This document shows, in pieces, positions 19,062-28,701 of a stretch of 64,000 nt of DNA. Positions within the stretch are counted from its first letter, which is position 1; each line of letters begins with the position of its first letter. Origin of the DNA: a virus (Duplodnaviria; Caudoviricetes); the IMG/VR virus record IMGVR_UViG_3300021399_000111, positions 64,001 to 128,000 of that record; one strand, written 5' to 3'. Under the pieces are notes generated by a model. The model did not search any database, was not told the DNA's origin, and saw nothing but the letters and a program-made list of their open reading frames with translations. The position numbers were made by a program, and so were the translations under genes.

Positions 19062-20297
19062 TTACATTTGTTCTGCAATTTGGGCTATTTGACTACGATA
19101 AATATTTTGTAATTCAATTTCTCCATAAAAAGGTTGTCCTTTAAATACTTCTGATACCCTTCTCATTCCATTACTTGAGCCAGCATAAGAACTCATATCT
19201 ACTTGATGAGCATAATCACCATCAATAATACAAATACTATCTTCTCCGATTCTTTGTAAAGCTAATCTCATTAATTCAATATCAAGATTTTGAGCTTCAG
19301 AAATATACACTGCGGCATTCATATTTGTAGTATCATATCCGCGGATATCAGACATAGGTAATAAAATTAATTGACCATCATCAATTAATCTTTCTACAGC
19401 AATTCTATCACCTAATTTACTTTCCAATAAATTACCAATTTGTGAATCTAAAAGTTTTTCTGTTCTAGATCCTGGATAAAATCCTAATCTTGCTGATCCT
19501 TTAGTTGCAACTGTGTTACAAAAAATAACTATCTTATCAATTTTGCCACGTTCGAGTAGAGAAAACATATATCCAAAAGCTAAATATGTTTTTCCAGTTC
19601 CCGCCCTTCCGCGCAGCATAGTAATTTGATTATTATTTAAACTATCTAAAGCGCATTGCTGGAATACATCACCATGTTTAGGAGCTATTTTTCCAAACAT
19701 TTTAGATTCTGCTTTTTGAAATTGAACTGCTTCATAATGTTCGTTTTTCCATTTATATTTATCAATTAATTCACCATTGCACTTAATAATAATATATTGA
19801 TTTTCTAATAAATTATAGCTATTTTTATTATCCACATAATGAGTATAAAAATCAGCTAATCCTGTTTCATCTAATTCTAGGATTTTAAATCCTGTATATT
19901 CATTTGTTTCTTGCTGTCCTAATAGAGTGGCATCTAATCCAACTATATCTTTTGCAATTTTATAACATAATAAATCTTGAGTAATAAATTCTACATCTTT
20001 ATTAAGTGCGGAAATAATTATTTTATTATCCGCATTTAAAGGTAAAGAATAAGAAGATAAAAGTGGATCTAAATCTGTTGTGTAAGGGATTACTTCATAT
20101 TTATTTTGGTTGTTGGCTAAGAGACGAATTATAGTACGAGCATTATACTTTATTTCTTCATCTCTTGTACTTGAAGTTTTAATATTTTCTAATTCATTTA
20201 TTGTAATTCCAGATATATAAAATTTTTCTTCTTCATTAAAAGCTTTTTCTTGTAAAGCAAGCAAACTACAAGTGTCATAAAATTTAATTTTACTCAC
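19062..20297 (-). CDS. phoH: PIN-domain PhoH-family ATPase
   Basis: N-terminal YDTCSLL/ADNKII/FITQD PIN motifs; GRAGTGKT, LGFYPG, IRG, EAQN, RIGE, GD..QVD. Confidence 0.9.
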   Translation of the reverse strand: MSKIKFYDTCSLLALQEKAFNEEEKFYISGITINELENIKTSSTRDEEIKYNARTIIRLLANNQNKYEVIPYTTDLDPLLSSYSLPLNADNKIIISALNKDVEFITQDLLCYKIAKDIVGLDATLLGQQETNEYTGFKILELDETGLADFYTHYVDNKNSYNLLENQYIIIKCNGELIDKYKWKNEHYEAVQFQKAESKMFGKIAPKHGDVFQQCALDSLNNNQITMLRGRAGTGKTYLAFGYMFSLLERGKIDKIVIFCNTVATKGSARLGFYPGSRTEKLLDSQIGNLLESKLGDRIAVERLIDDGQLILLPMSDIRGYDTTNMNAAVYISEAQNLDIELMRLALQRIGEDSICIIDGDYAHQVDMSSYAGSSNGMRRVSEVFKGQPFYGEIELQNIYRSQIAQIAEQM

Positions 20298-20362
20298 ACT
20301 AAAGTCATCCTTTCTTTAAGTAATAATTTTTACAATATTACTTAATTTTTTAAATAAGATAA

Positions 20363-20776
20363 TTAACCTTTTTTGTCATTTAGTTTCTTGAGTATCTTAT
20401 CTTTTGCGGAAATGCTTGCTTTTAATTGAAGTTCTATCATAGTAATTTCAGCAGCTAATTTATTAACTTCTTTAATGCGTCTATTTAATTGTCTAAACAT
20501 TGCTTTAGCACTAGGATCTTCAGGATTAAAATTTTTATATTGCTGTACTGCAACAACAAATTTTCTACATTCTTCACATTTTTCCTTTTTTAATTTATGC
20601 TCATATTTTAATGCAGAAATTTGTGCTCTGGTTTCTGCGATGCGGCAACCAGTTAATTCAGACCATGCATCATCTGGATGGCACCAAGCTAATCCAACAA
20701 ATTTTTTTCCTTTATGGCTTACAGTAACCGCAGATTTTTTTAACCCAGGCTCTGTATGACTGTATACAAATTTCAT
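20363..20776 (-). CDS. Hypothetical protein
   Basis: GLAWCHPDD...GC.IAE.RA; own promoter. Confidence 0.6.
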   Translation of the reverse strand: MKFVYSHTEPGLKKSAVTVSHKGKKFVGLAWCHPDDAWSELTGCRIAETRAQISALKYEHKLKKEKCEECRKFVVAVQQYKNFNPEDPSAKAMFRQLNRRIKEVNKLAAEITMIELQLKASISAKDKILKKLNDKKG

Positions 20777-20926
20777 AAAATTACCTACCTTTACATTTTT
20801 TCTTTTATTATATCATAATTTTTTAAAAAAGACAATTTTATGCGGAAAATATCTAGCGTATGTGCGAAAATTCGTCCCCGTTATCCTAATTAAAAACCCT
20901 GGCATATGTAAGCCAGGGTTTTTTAA

Positions 20927-21172
20927 TTAATCATTATTTATTTTGAATTGATAAAAAAAGCTTCCAATCCAAGAAAGTGTTCCTGCAAGTAATGGAATCT
21001 GATTAAGGGCTATCGAGATATGAACTAAACTCAATCCTTCAATAAGCACTTTACCTATTGTAATTTTAGCAATCCAGCCTACAAAATAACCAAACCAGAA
21101 GAAAAGAAATGGCTCAATTAAAAAGAATATAATGAAAAATATTAATACTTTATATAAATTATCTCTTTTCAT
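20927..21172 (-). CDS. Small membrane protein
   Basis: Hydrophobic; coupled to phosphoesterase gene. Confidence 0.6.
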   Translation of the reverse strand: MKRDNLYKVLIFFIIFFLIEPFLFFWFGYFVGWIAKITIGKVLIEGLSLVHISIALNQIPLLAGTLSWIGSFFYQFKINND

Positions 21173-21716
21173 TTATTTTATTTTTTATCCTTTCAATAAT
21201 ATCATCAAGAGACCATGGAGTACAATTATTAGTATCCATTTCACAATGAAAAATAAGTCCTTTATCCCAATCAGCAAATGGATCTTGTGTATGACTATGT
21301 CCACAAAGACTAATCATTTTTGCGGAAAGTGGTTTATCATCATCAAAATTGGAAGTAATACAAGGATAATGTGAAAGATAAAAATGATATTTACCATATT
21401 GAAGAAATTTACCTTCACAAATTTCAACAACATTCCAACAATGATTATAGAGTTTCATTCTATTATCACCATCATGGTTTCCGCGGATAATATGAATATT
21501 GCCTTTAAGCTGCTTAATACAATATAGTCCTTCTATATCATCATTAAGCATCATATCTCCAAGACAATAAATATCATCATCTGGATTTACAATATTATTC
21601 CAATTATGTATAATAGCATTATTCATTTCATATACAGAATCAAATCCGCGTGGGCGCCAAAGGAACTCGCGAGCATGACAAAAATGTGGATCACTAGACA
21701 TAAAAATTCTACCCAT
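21159..21716 (-). CDS. Calcineurin-like metallophosphoesterase
   Basis: SDPHFCH, LGD, GNHD, SHYP, GHSH. Confidence 0.88.
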   Translation of the reverse strand: MGRIFMSSDPHFCHAREFLWRPRGFDSVYEMNNAIIHNWNNIVNPDDDIYCLGDMMLNDDIEGLYCIKQLKGNIHIIRGNHDGDNRMKLYNHCWNVVEICEGKFLQYGKYHFYLSHYPCITSNFDDDKPLSAKMISLCGHSHTQDPFADWDKGLIFHCEMDTNNCTPWSLDDIIERIKNKINEKR

Positions 21717-22245
21717 TTGAAGTCTCCTTATTATTTACTTTGAATAAATGCTTTCTTTCTTGATCTGTATCGTCTATAATGTGAATAATATCAAAACCCT
21801 CTTCGAAAGTTGGCATAGTGATTTGTGTTGCCATTCTTCGGATTACCTGCTCAGGAACATAAAATCGAGTGTTAATACGATTTTCATTTCTGTGAAGAGC
21901 CCTCCATACAGGAACTTTAAAAAATACAATTTCAACACAACAATCTTTTAAAGACATTCCTAATGCACGAAGAAGTTTTGTACGGGATGCTTCATTAATA
22001 TGAGTGGCATCCGCAATAACAGTTTGTCCATTATCAAGAGCTTTTTTAATTTCAGATACAAAAATATCATAAACTTGTTTTTCTTTATGAAAATAATCTT
22101 CTCCATCTTCGAGTAAAGAAAATCGAATTTGATCACGAGAAACTAACTTATCAATATTTGCTGTTGGATGCTCATAAAGCTCATTTGCATAAGTAGATTT
22201 GCCCGAGCCGGGGATTCCACTCATCATAATCAATCTTTTGCTCAT
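21709..22245 (-). CDS. P-loop kinase (AAA_33, polynucleotide 5'-kinase-like)
   Basis: GIPGSGKST, SRDQIR, DATH, RNENR, VPEQVIRRM. Confidence 0.8.
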   Translation of the reverse strand: MSKRLIMMSGIPGSGKSTYANELYEHPTANIDKLVSRDQIRFSLLEDGEDYFHKEKQVYDIFVSEIKKALDNGQTVIADATHINEASRTKLLRALGMSLKDCCVEIVFFKVPVWRALHRNENRINTRFYVPEQVIRRMATQITMPTFEEGFDIIHIIDDTDQERKHLFKVNNKETSNG

Positions 22246-22533
22246 TTAAATAACACCTTCTTTCTTCATTTTGTCTTTAAAGATACCATAAGGAAGGATT
22301 CTGTTTTGTTGTTCATCAAAATTATGGTGTTCAAATTCAAATAGAAAATCATCATGGCTATATTTAGAACCAGGAATGCATTCGACATGATTAATTGTGT
22401 CATTGCAAGTTAAACACCAAAGTCGTTTAAGGTGCCCCGGTGCTCGTTCTTTTCCCTTAACTCTAACTATTGGCAAACCGCGGCTGCCGCATTTACAACA
22501 ATAAAATTCATGATCAAGTATTAATGTTCCCAT
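22246..22533 (-). CDS. Zn-ribbon hypothetical protein
   Basis: YCCKCG...GHLKRLWCLTC. Confidence 0.6.
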   Translation of the reverse strand: MGTLILDHEFYCCKCGSRGLPIVRVKGKERAPGHLKRLWCLTCNDTINHVECIPGSKYSHDDFLFEFEHHNFDEQQNRILPYGIFKDKMKKEGVI

Positions 22534-22611
22534 AAAATATCACTCCTTTATTTGATTTTCTATATATATTATAATATATTTTTTATAGAAAATCAAATAA
22601 AGAAAATTTAA

Positions 22612-22836
22612 TTAAACAAATTGATTTAAAAAAGTATCAAATTCTATTGCATCACTAGGATATTCAACAGTAACACCTTGAGAAACATCAATGGACATAA
22701 TTCCCATTAAACTTTTTCCATCAATTACATATTTACCTCTTTTAAGAGTTACATCTCCTTCTACTCTTGTTGCTTCTTGGATAAAATTAGTTACATCAGC
22801 GAGTCCATAAATTTTAATATATTTAGTTGCTATCAT
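22612..22836 (-). CDS. HPr-like protein (Ser46 motif kept, His15 absent)
   Basis: VIDGKSLMGIMSID; no His in sequence. Confidence 0.8.
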   Translation of the reverse strand: MIATKYIKIYGLADVTNFIQEATRVEGDVTLKRGKYVIDGKSLMGIMSIDVSQGVTVEYPSDAIEFDTFLNQFV

Positions 22837-22905
22837 AATATACCTCCTTTTTATACAACAACTAGAGCGAGTTTTTCTCGCTCTAGTTTATTAATTTTAT
22901 TTAAA

Positions 22906-24090
22906 TTACTGGTGGTAACGAACTAGAAACTCATTAGATACTGCCTTGAAACTTCTAGTCCCATCTGGAGATCTAAATACGAGCCCTTCTCTCATACCTT
23001 CATCAATAACAGAAGTGCCAGTTGCAATTTTGAGTAACTCGTCAACAGTATCGGGAAGAATAAAATGCTCATTGACGATAGGAACCCAATGGATGCCATA
23101 TCTTTCAAGGAACTCTTTTGCTTCAATAGAATTCCATCTTCCATCCTGTGAAGTAATGAAATTAAAAGCACGGAAATCATGGTCAGCCATTCCATAGTAT
23201 CTTCTCTGAATGCCCGCGCCGAAAGTTTCTCCCTGGATAGTTACCCATTTAAGAGATTTATTGTTTTTAAGAATATCCTTAAGTACATTCTCAATATTGT
23301 ACTTTTTAGCCATTTCAAGATAAACATTAGTATCATAGAAACAAGCTTTGTCAGGAGTATCAAAAACTACATTTCGAGAGCAAACATAGAAATCATACTT
23401 TCCAAACTTATCTCTTTTCATAGTGAAAGTAGTGCTTGTACCATCTATCTTCTCAGTTGCAATCCACTCAGACTTATCTTCAAGAATCCAAGTCATGTTC
23501 TGGACTCTCTCTTCGTCAGTCTTTACAACCCAAGCAGGCCAGTTTCGTACATCTCTCTTCTTACCAAAAAGAAGAATAAATACTCTCCGCAGAAACTTAT
23601 TTCTCTTAATTACTTTACCCCATTTTCTTGCAATCTTAGGATGACGAGCAAGAGCTGCATTAATTCTAGCATCAGGGTTAGATTTAGCCTTTCTCTTATT
23701 ATCCTCTGGCTCAGCATAGGTTACGCCAAGCTTTTCAGTAAGGAAGTCTCCTTCTACAAGAGAAGTAGCATCCCAACCAAAGTCCTTTGCGCTCATAAGA
23801 AGACCCTGAGAATAAAAACCAGGATTTTTTCCACCAAAAGTATACTTTTGAGTTTTTACATTACCATGTTTCTTTTCAAGAAATGCAAACTCAGGCTTAG
23901 TAGTGTCTACATGAGAGTCGATTTCAAAATAAATTGCAAGATCTCCAGCATTGAAAGTCCCTTTTCTAACCATGACCTTCCAACCGCCAACTACAGCAGC
24001 TTCGCAGTTGTCAGAACCAACAATAGGCTCAATAGCATCAATTTTTACTACATAAGCGAGTTCTCTTACATTAGTATTAGGATTAAGCAT
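22906..24090 (-). CDS. ATP-dependent RNA ligase (DRB0094/Rnl2-like) with N-terminal OB-type domain
   Basis: YFEIDS, SQGLL, KTDEERVQN, motif I TEKIDGTS, QGE, EGLV, FKAVSNEFL. Confidence 0.88.
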   Translation of the reverse strand: MLNPNTNVRELAYVVKIDAIEPIVGSDNCEAAVVGGWKVMVRKGTFNAGDLAIYFEIDSHVDTTKPEFAFLEKKHGNVKTQKYTFGGKNPGFYSQGLLMSAKDFGWDATSLVEGDFLTEKLGVTYAEPEDNKRKAKSNPDARINAALARHPKIARKWGKVIKRNKFLRRVFILLFGKKRDVRNWPAWVVKTDEERVQNMTWILEDKSEWIATEKIDGTSTTFTMKRDKFGKYDFYVCSRNVVFDTPDKACFYDTNVYLEMAKKYNIENVLKDILKNNKSLKWVTIQGETFGAGIQRRYYGMADHDFRAFNFITSQDGRWNSIEAKEFLERYGIHWVPIVNEHFILPDTVDELLKIATGTSVIDEGMREGLVFRSPDGTRSFKAVSNEFLVRYHQ

Positions 24091-24213
24091 TTTTTACACC
24101 TCTTTTCTTTTCTCTTTCATTTTCTATAAATATTATAACAAATATTTTAATAAAAATCAAATAAAATGCGGCGGTCCAGTCTTTGAGATCTCTTAAGCTA
24201 GCCCGCCGCATAA

Positions 24214-24489
24214 TTATTTCACAGGAACAATATTATCTGAATCTGAAGGAATAATATCTTCACCAATTTGTCCATTGGGACCGAATTCCTTAATTCTTAC
24301 AATAGTGTTCTTTCGCAATCCGCCAAAGGTATTGATAAAAACTCCTAATGCAGCTTTAGCATCTACTGCAGTTACACCACGCGCTTTTGATAATCTAATT
24401 GTTGTTTTAGTATGAACAGGATCTCCATATTTTGCTTCTTTTGTTGGATACCATTCAAATTCATAACTTCTAAAAATTTGATTAGCCAT
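24214..24489 (-). CDS. Hypothetical protein (start revised to MANQIF)
   Basis: GGAGG RBS upstream of 24489. Confidence 0.55.
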   Translation of the reverse strand: MANQIFRSYEFEWYPTKEAKYGDPVHTKTTIRLSKARGVTAVDAKAALGVFINTFGGLRKNTIVRIKEFGPNGQIGEDIIPSDSDNIVPVK

Positions 24490-24511
24490 TATTAATATCT
24501 TCCTCCATTGA

Positions 24512-25285
24512 TTAATCAAAATATATTTCTTCAAAAGTGTCTAAGTCAAGAAGAGCGATACGATTAGATACAGCGGTACACATGTCTATACAAAACTTAT
24601 GTCCATCACAGTAACGAATAATTGTAGGTTTAGGATATGATGTATCATCTCCATATAACCAATTATGCGCTTTTTTTATATCTTCTTTTGTTTTAGGCGG
24701 TTGACCTTTATATCCGAATTCATATTCCAGAAATTGAACTGGAGTATGCCCATGAACTAAATAAATAGTATTAGGGTCTTCTTTTGTGAAAAAATCATCC
24801 TCTACCCAATTATCATAGAAATGACTTCTATCCCAAAGGGGGTCATGGGGACGGTGTGAAGCTATTAAAGAATGCCCGGCGTGTTCCAAAATTACAGTAT
24901 GAGATCCTTTAACAGAATAATATACTAATTGTTTAGGTAATTTAGAAATAATATTAATATAATGATCTTGAATAAATCTAGGGAATTTAAGTAATTGATT
25001 TACTGTTAAATTCTCACTATCATCAAAAATTTCCCAGCGGTTAGGCTTGCGTCTATGGTTTATTTCTTCCACCATCATATCTTCGTGATTACCACAAAGA
25101 AAGTGTACTCTAGGATCATCTATTAATACATTAAATAATTCTAAGCCATGCGGGCCTCGATCAACTGCATCACCAATAAAATAAAGTGTATCATCAGGCT
25201 GCAACCAATTTAAAACTTTTTTGCCTAATTCAAGTTGAGCATGCCAATCTGAACTTGCAAAAACTCTTCCCATAAAAAACACCAC
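24512..25285 (-). CDS. Ser/Thr protein phosphatase-type metallophosphoesterase
   Basis: SDWH, GDAVDRGP, GNHE, HAG, LWDR, HGHTP, CID. Confidence 0.88.
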   Translation of the reverse strand: MVFFMGRVFASSDWHAQLELGKKVLNWLQPDDTLYFIGDAVDRGPHGLELFNVLIDDPRVHFLCGNHEDMMVEEINHRRKPNRWEIFDDSENLTVNQLLKFPRFIQDHYINIISKLPKQLVYYSVKGSHTVILEHAGHSLIASHRPHDPLWDRSHFYDNWVEDDFFTKEDPNTIYLVHGHTPVQFLEYEFGYKGQPPKTKEDIKKAHNWLYGDDTSYPKPTIIRYCDGHKFCIDMCTAVSNRIALLDLDTFEEIYFD

Positions 25286-25335
25286 TTCCTTTCTTTTATA
25301 ATTAATTATATCATAATTTTTTTAAGATTTCAAAT

Positions 25336-25364
25336 TTGCGTTTTTTAAAAAATTATGATATAAT
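25336..25364 (+). promoter_or_regulatory. Sigma-A promoter of fliD (TTGCGT-N17-TATAAT with TG), back-to-back with a minus-strand promoter at 25305-25333
   Basis: Direct motif match. Confidence 0.75.
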
Positions 25365-25458
25365 AAAATTAGACAGAAATGTATAATTTTTTTAGAGAGA
25401 AAATTATATATTATGAGAAGAAGGATTTTCTCAATATTTTACAAGGAGGTAAAAAAGT

Positions 25459-26832
25459 ATGGGTATGAAATTAACAGGACTTGTTTCTGGAATGGATACT
25501 GATGCAGTTATTAAACAAATGACATTAGCATACACAGCAAAAAAAGATAAAGTCTGGAAAGCTAAAGAAACTTTAACTTATAAACAAGATGCTTGGAAAA
25601 ATCTTAATAAAGAAGTTTATGATATGTTTACAAAACTTTCTAAACTAAGATTAACTTCTACTTATCAAAGAAGTGAAGCCTCTTCATCAAATGAAAATAT
25701 TGTAACGGTTGCGGGAGATAAAATTCAAGGGCAGCATGATGTAACAGTGAAACAAATTGCTACTCAAACTTATCTTACTGGAAATATTGTTAATCAAAGT
25801 CAACCTATTAATGTTTCTGGTAATTTGACTGTTACAATAGGCGGGAAAGAAAAAGAATTAAATATTACTCCAGATATGTCAATGGAACAAGTTGCTAGAA
25901 AATTAACCGAAGCGGGAATTATTGCTAATTTTGATGAAAATAATGCAAGATTATTTTTAGCGTCAAAAACAACAGGAGCAAGTAGTGATTTTAATATAAG
26001 CGGAGATGCAAGCTTACTAGATGCCATAGGGCTAGGGTCTTCCGCAATAAAACAAGTTGGTAAAGATTCTATTATTAATGTAAATGGAGTGGATTTTGTA
26101 TCTTCTTCAAATAAATTTAATATTAATAATATGACAATTACCGCAAAATCATTAGGTTCTGCTACTGTTGGAATGAAAACAGATGAACATATTTTTGATA
26201 CTGTTAAATCTTTTATTAAAGATTATAATGCTTTAATTAAAAAAATTGATAGTTCTTATAATAACACTGCCGCAAAGGGATTATCTCCATTAACCGATGA
26301 AGAAAAAGATGCTTTAACAGATAAACAAATTGAAGAATGGGAAAGTAAATTAAAAGAGAGTGCTTTAAGCAAAGATGAAACTTTATCCTCTTTAAGTTCT
26401 TTGTTAAAAACTACAATGAGTTCTATTTCTGTTGATGGAATTAATTTAACTTCTATGGGTATTACTCTTGGAGGATATTTCACAACAGAGAAAGATGAAA
26501 GAGGCGTTTATAATATTGATGAAGATAAACTCCAAAAAATAATTGCAGAGAACCCTGATAAAGTAATAAATTTTGTTACTAAACTTGCGGGAACCTTATA
26601 TGATAAATTAAATACAAAGATGAAATCATCTTCTTTAAATAGCATTTATAGTATCTATAATGATAAGCAAATTAAAAATAATCTTGCAAATTATGATAAG
26701 AAAATTGCTGAATGGGAAGATAAGATTGTAAAAATGGAAGATAAGTGGTATAAGCAATTTGCAAGAATGGAAAGCGTATTAAGTAAAACGCAGAGCCAAG
26801 CAAATTATTTATCAAATTTCTTTGGAATATAA
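25459..26832 (+). CDS. fliD: Flagellar filament cap protein (HAP2)
   Basis: GLVSGMDTDAVIKQM, KQDAWK, V.VKQIA, GKDSIINVNG..FVSSSNKF, FIKDYNALI, PLTDEEK, QFARMESVLSK.QSQ.NYL; AAGGAGG RBS; only credible plus-strand gene. Confidence 0.92.
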   Translation: MGMKLTGLVSGMDTDAVIKQMTLAYTAKKDKVWKAKETLTYKQDAWKNLNKEVYDMFTKLSKLRLTSTYQRSEASSSNENIVTVAGDKIQGQHDVTVKQIATQTYLTGNIVNQSQPINVSGNLTVTIGGKEKELNITPDMSMEQVARKLTEAGIIANFDENNARLFLASKTTGASSDFNISGDASLLDAIGLGSSAIKQVGKDSIINVNGVDFVSSSNKFNINNMTITAKSLGSATVGMKTDEHIFDTVKSFIKDYNALIKKIDSSYNNTAAKGLSPLTDEEKDALTDKQIEEWESKLKESALSKDETLSSLSSLLKTTMSSISVDGINLTSMGITLGGYFTTEKDERGVYNIDEDKLQKIIAENPDKVINFVTKLAGTLYDKLNTKMKSSSLNSIYSIYNDKQIKNNLANYDKKIAEWEDKIVKMEDKWYKQFARMESVLSKTQSQANYLSNFFGI

Positions 26833-26834
26833 AA

Positions 26835-26866
26835 AAGGAGAAGGTTTTAAACCTTCCCCAATTTTT
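26835..26866. terminator. Bidirectional terminator between convergent fliD and DUF2828 genes
   Basis: A-tract, ggagaagg-tttt-aaa-ccttcccc hairpin, T-tract. Confidence 0.65.
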
Positions 26867-28318
26867 TTAGTATACAGCTAAATATCTCTCAGAAAGAAGA
26901 ATATCAAGCATAAGTTCCATTCCATTCTTCCCTGTTGCCACCTGTTTAAAAATCAGCGGAGAAGATCCACTAACAAAAGAGACATTAGGGCCGAGATCAA
27001 GGAATGTATCATTACGAGCATCTACATTCCAATAAACCAACCGAGGCATTTTAAGCCCAACTGCTTCCCACTCTTTCCGCATGATTTCCATTTCTGTGGC
27101 AGTTCTTTCCTCGCTCCAGCTTCCCACAGTCATAGCATTAATTTCCATATCGGAAATAACTACAACAGTATCAAGGCGGTCTTCAGGCTTTGCCGCAAGA
27201 CTTGCTTGCTTAAGAAGTCTGAAGGTTTTTACAAGGTCTGTATCTTCACAGAGATTAGTGCGATAAATGCGGCGAACCTTATCTACAAAATCAACACCTT
27301 CAATTTTGATTAATTGAGGGCGAGAACTAAAACTAATGTAGTGGTTCTTAAAAGGACCTCCAATGCGTTCCGCACAATACATGCCAAGCCCAATAGCCAT
27401 ATCAATAGGAGTTCCATGCATTGAACCAGAAGTATCAACGACACAGATCATCTTACAAGGTTCGCCCTGTAAAACATCAATTTGATTCTCCCAATACTTT
27501 TCAAGCATTAATCTATCTGTATCACTGATATTGTAAGGGTAAGCCTTATGAACAATTTCATAAGGATAAAGCGCTCCAGCGTTCACCTTAGAATTCTTAT
27601 CCTGCGCGAATGCTTCATATTTCTTTGCAATAATATCTCTACGAGCAAAAGCATTGCGATAAATAAGACCCGCCTTAGAAGGGATTTTATCAAATTCAAT
27701 TTCATCCCAACGATTTTCACTCATAAGTTTTTCAATAATATTGATGCGAGAGCGCAGAGTAGAAAGTACTTTTCTATACTCTTTGTGAGTAAAACCAAGT
27801 GCTTCCCGCACGGCATTACCAGCCCTTTTAGTTTCTGCGGAAGATGCATTTTCAGAAGGAAGCCATTTTGCAAGTAAGCTAGGTGTCTTGCAATCTGCAT
27901 CAAGAGCAAGCTGATGAGTAATAATCAGCATAGCCTCATTCCATACGGGAGTATCAAGAGTAGTATAAATTAAGTCATCCCATCTACCATATTCAGACAC
28001 ATTTTCAAGATTGCGGCGGGCTGCCTCAGGGAAATTCTTGGCAAGCCAATTAAAGCACACACGAAAGAACCTACGCTCCCCCTGCCCGCCGCGAATATCA
28101 CGAAGATAAAATAAACACTTTAAAGCAATAGATTCATTCTCTTCAAAAGCATTTTTAAATGCAAGAATACAATCTTCATCAGAGCGTTTTCTATATGCTC
28201 CGCAAAGTGCAAACATATCCAAAATCGCACTTCTAGTTGTATTATGCTTCAATCCGCCATTCTCAGTATATCCAAAATTAGTAGTTTCAATTAAAGCATC
28301 AAGTAATGAATTCATCAT
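26867..28318 (-). CDS. DUF2828 family TROVE-like helical protein with C-terminal vWA domain (Ro60-related)
   Basis: YTENG, LFYLRDIRGGQGERRFF, EYGRWDD, AKWLPSE, LYPYEIV, MIDAS VDTSGSM, ISDME, YWNV. Confidence 0.85.
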   Translation of the reverse strand: MMNSLLDALIETTNFGYTENGGLKHNTTRSAILDMFALCGAYRKRSDEDCILAFKNAFEENESIALKCLFYLRDIRGGQGERRFFRVCFNWLAKNFPEAARRNLENVSEYGRWDDLIYTTLDTPVWNEAMLIITHQLALDADCKTPSLLAKWLPSENASSAETKRAGNAVREALGFTHKEYRKVLSTLRSRINIIEKLMSENRWDEIEFDKIPSKAGLIYRNAFARRDIIAKKYEAFAQDKNSKVNAGALYPYEIVHKAYPYNISDTDRLMLEKYWENQIDVLQGEPCKMICVVDTSGSMHGTPIDMAIGLGMYCAERIGGPFKNHYISFSSRPQLIKIEGVDFVDKVRRIYRTNLCEDTDLVKTFRLLKQASLAAKPEDRLDTVVVISDMEINAMTVGSWSEERTATEMEIMRKEWEAVGLKMPRLVYWNVDARNDTFLDLGPNVSFVSGSSPLIFKQVATGKNGMELMLDILLSERYLAVY

Positions 28319-28417
28319 TTTCCTTTTTCTCCTTTTTCCTATTGGAAGGCTATTTTCATAACCAAAAAAAATAAGGGATAAAATATTAAAACAATAGTAA
28401 TATTTTCTAGATTATTT

Positions 28418-28529
28418 CTAGGGGCAAATCTGTTTTGAAAATATTTTCTTGTTTTAATATTATCCCAAAATGGCGCCAAATACTGTTAATTTTCTTTATC
28501 CCAACAATAAGAATTGCAGTAAGCCCCTT
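28418..28529 (-). ncRNA. Y-RNA-like motif copy 1 (in DUF2828 leader)
   Basis: AGGGGC-TTACTGCAA...GCCCCT-AG closing stem. Confidence 0.55.
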
Positions 28530-28545
28530 TTAAAACAATATAAAA

Positions 28546-28612
28546 CAAGACACAAAAATAATAATATTATCAAAAAAATATTTGTTATTTATAATTTTGC
28601 TGTATGTGTCTT
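28546..28612 (-). ncRNA. Y-RNA-like motif copy 2
   Basis: AAGACAC-ATACAGCAA...GTGTCTT-G. Confidence 0.6.
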
Positions 28613-28615
28613 AAT

Positions 28616-28688
28616 AGCCGCCAGAGGGACTTGAACCCCCAACCCTTTCATTACAAGTGAAATGCTCTACCAATTGAGCCATGGCGGC
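28616..28688 (-). tRNA. tRNA-Thr(UGU)
   Basis: Cloverleaf, TTTCA-CT-TGT-AA-TGAAA. Confidence 0.95.
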
Positions 28689-28701
28689 AAATGGATTAGA
28701 C

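Noticed and set aside
23179-24129. 316-aa plus-strand ORF
   Set aside because: Antisense shadow of the RNA ligase; no motifs or RBS
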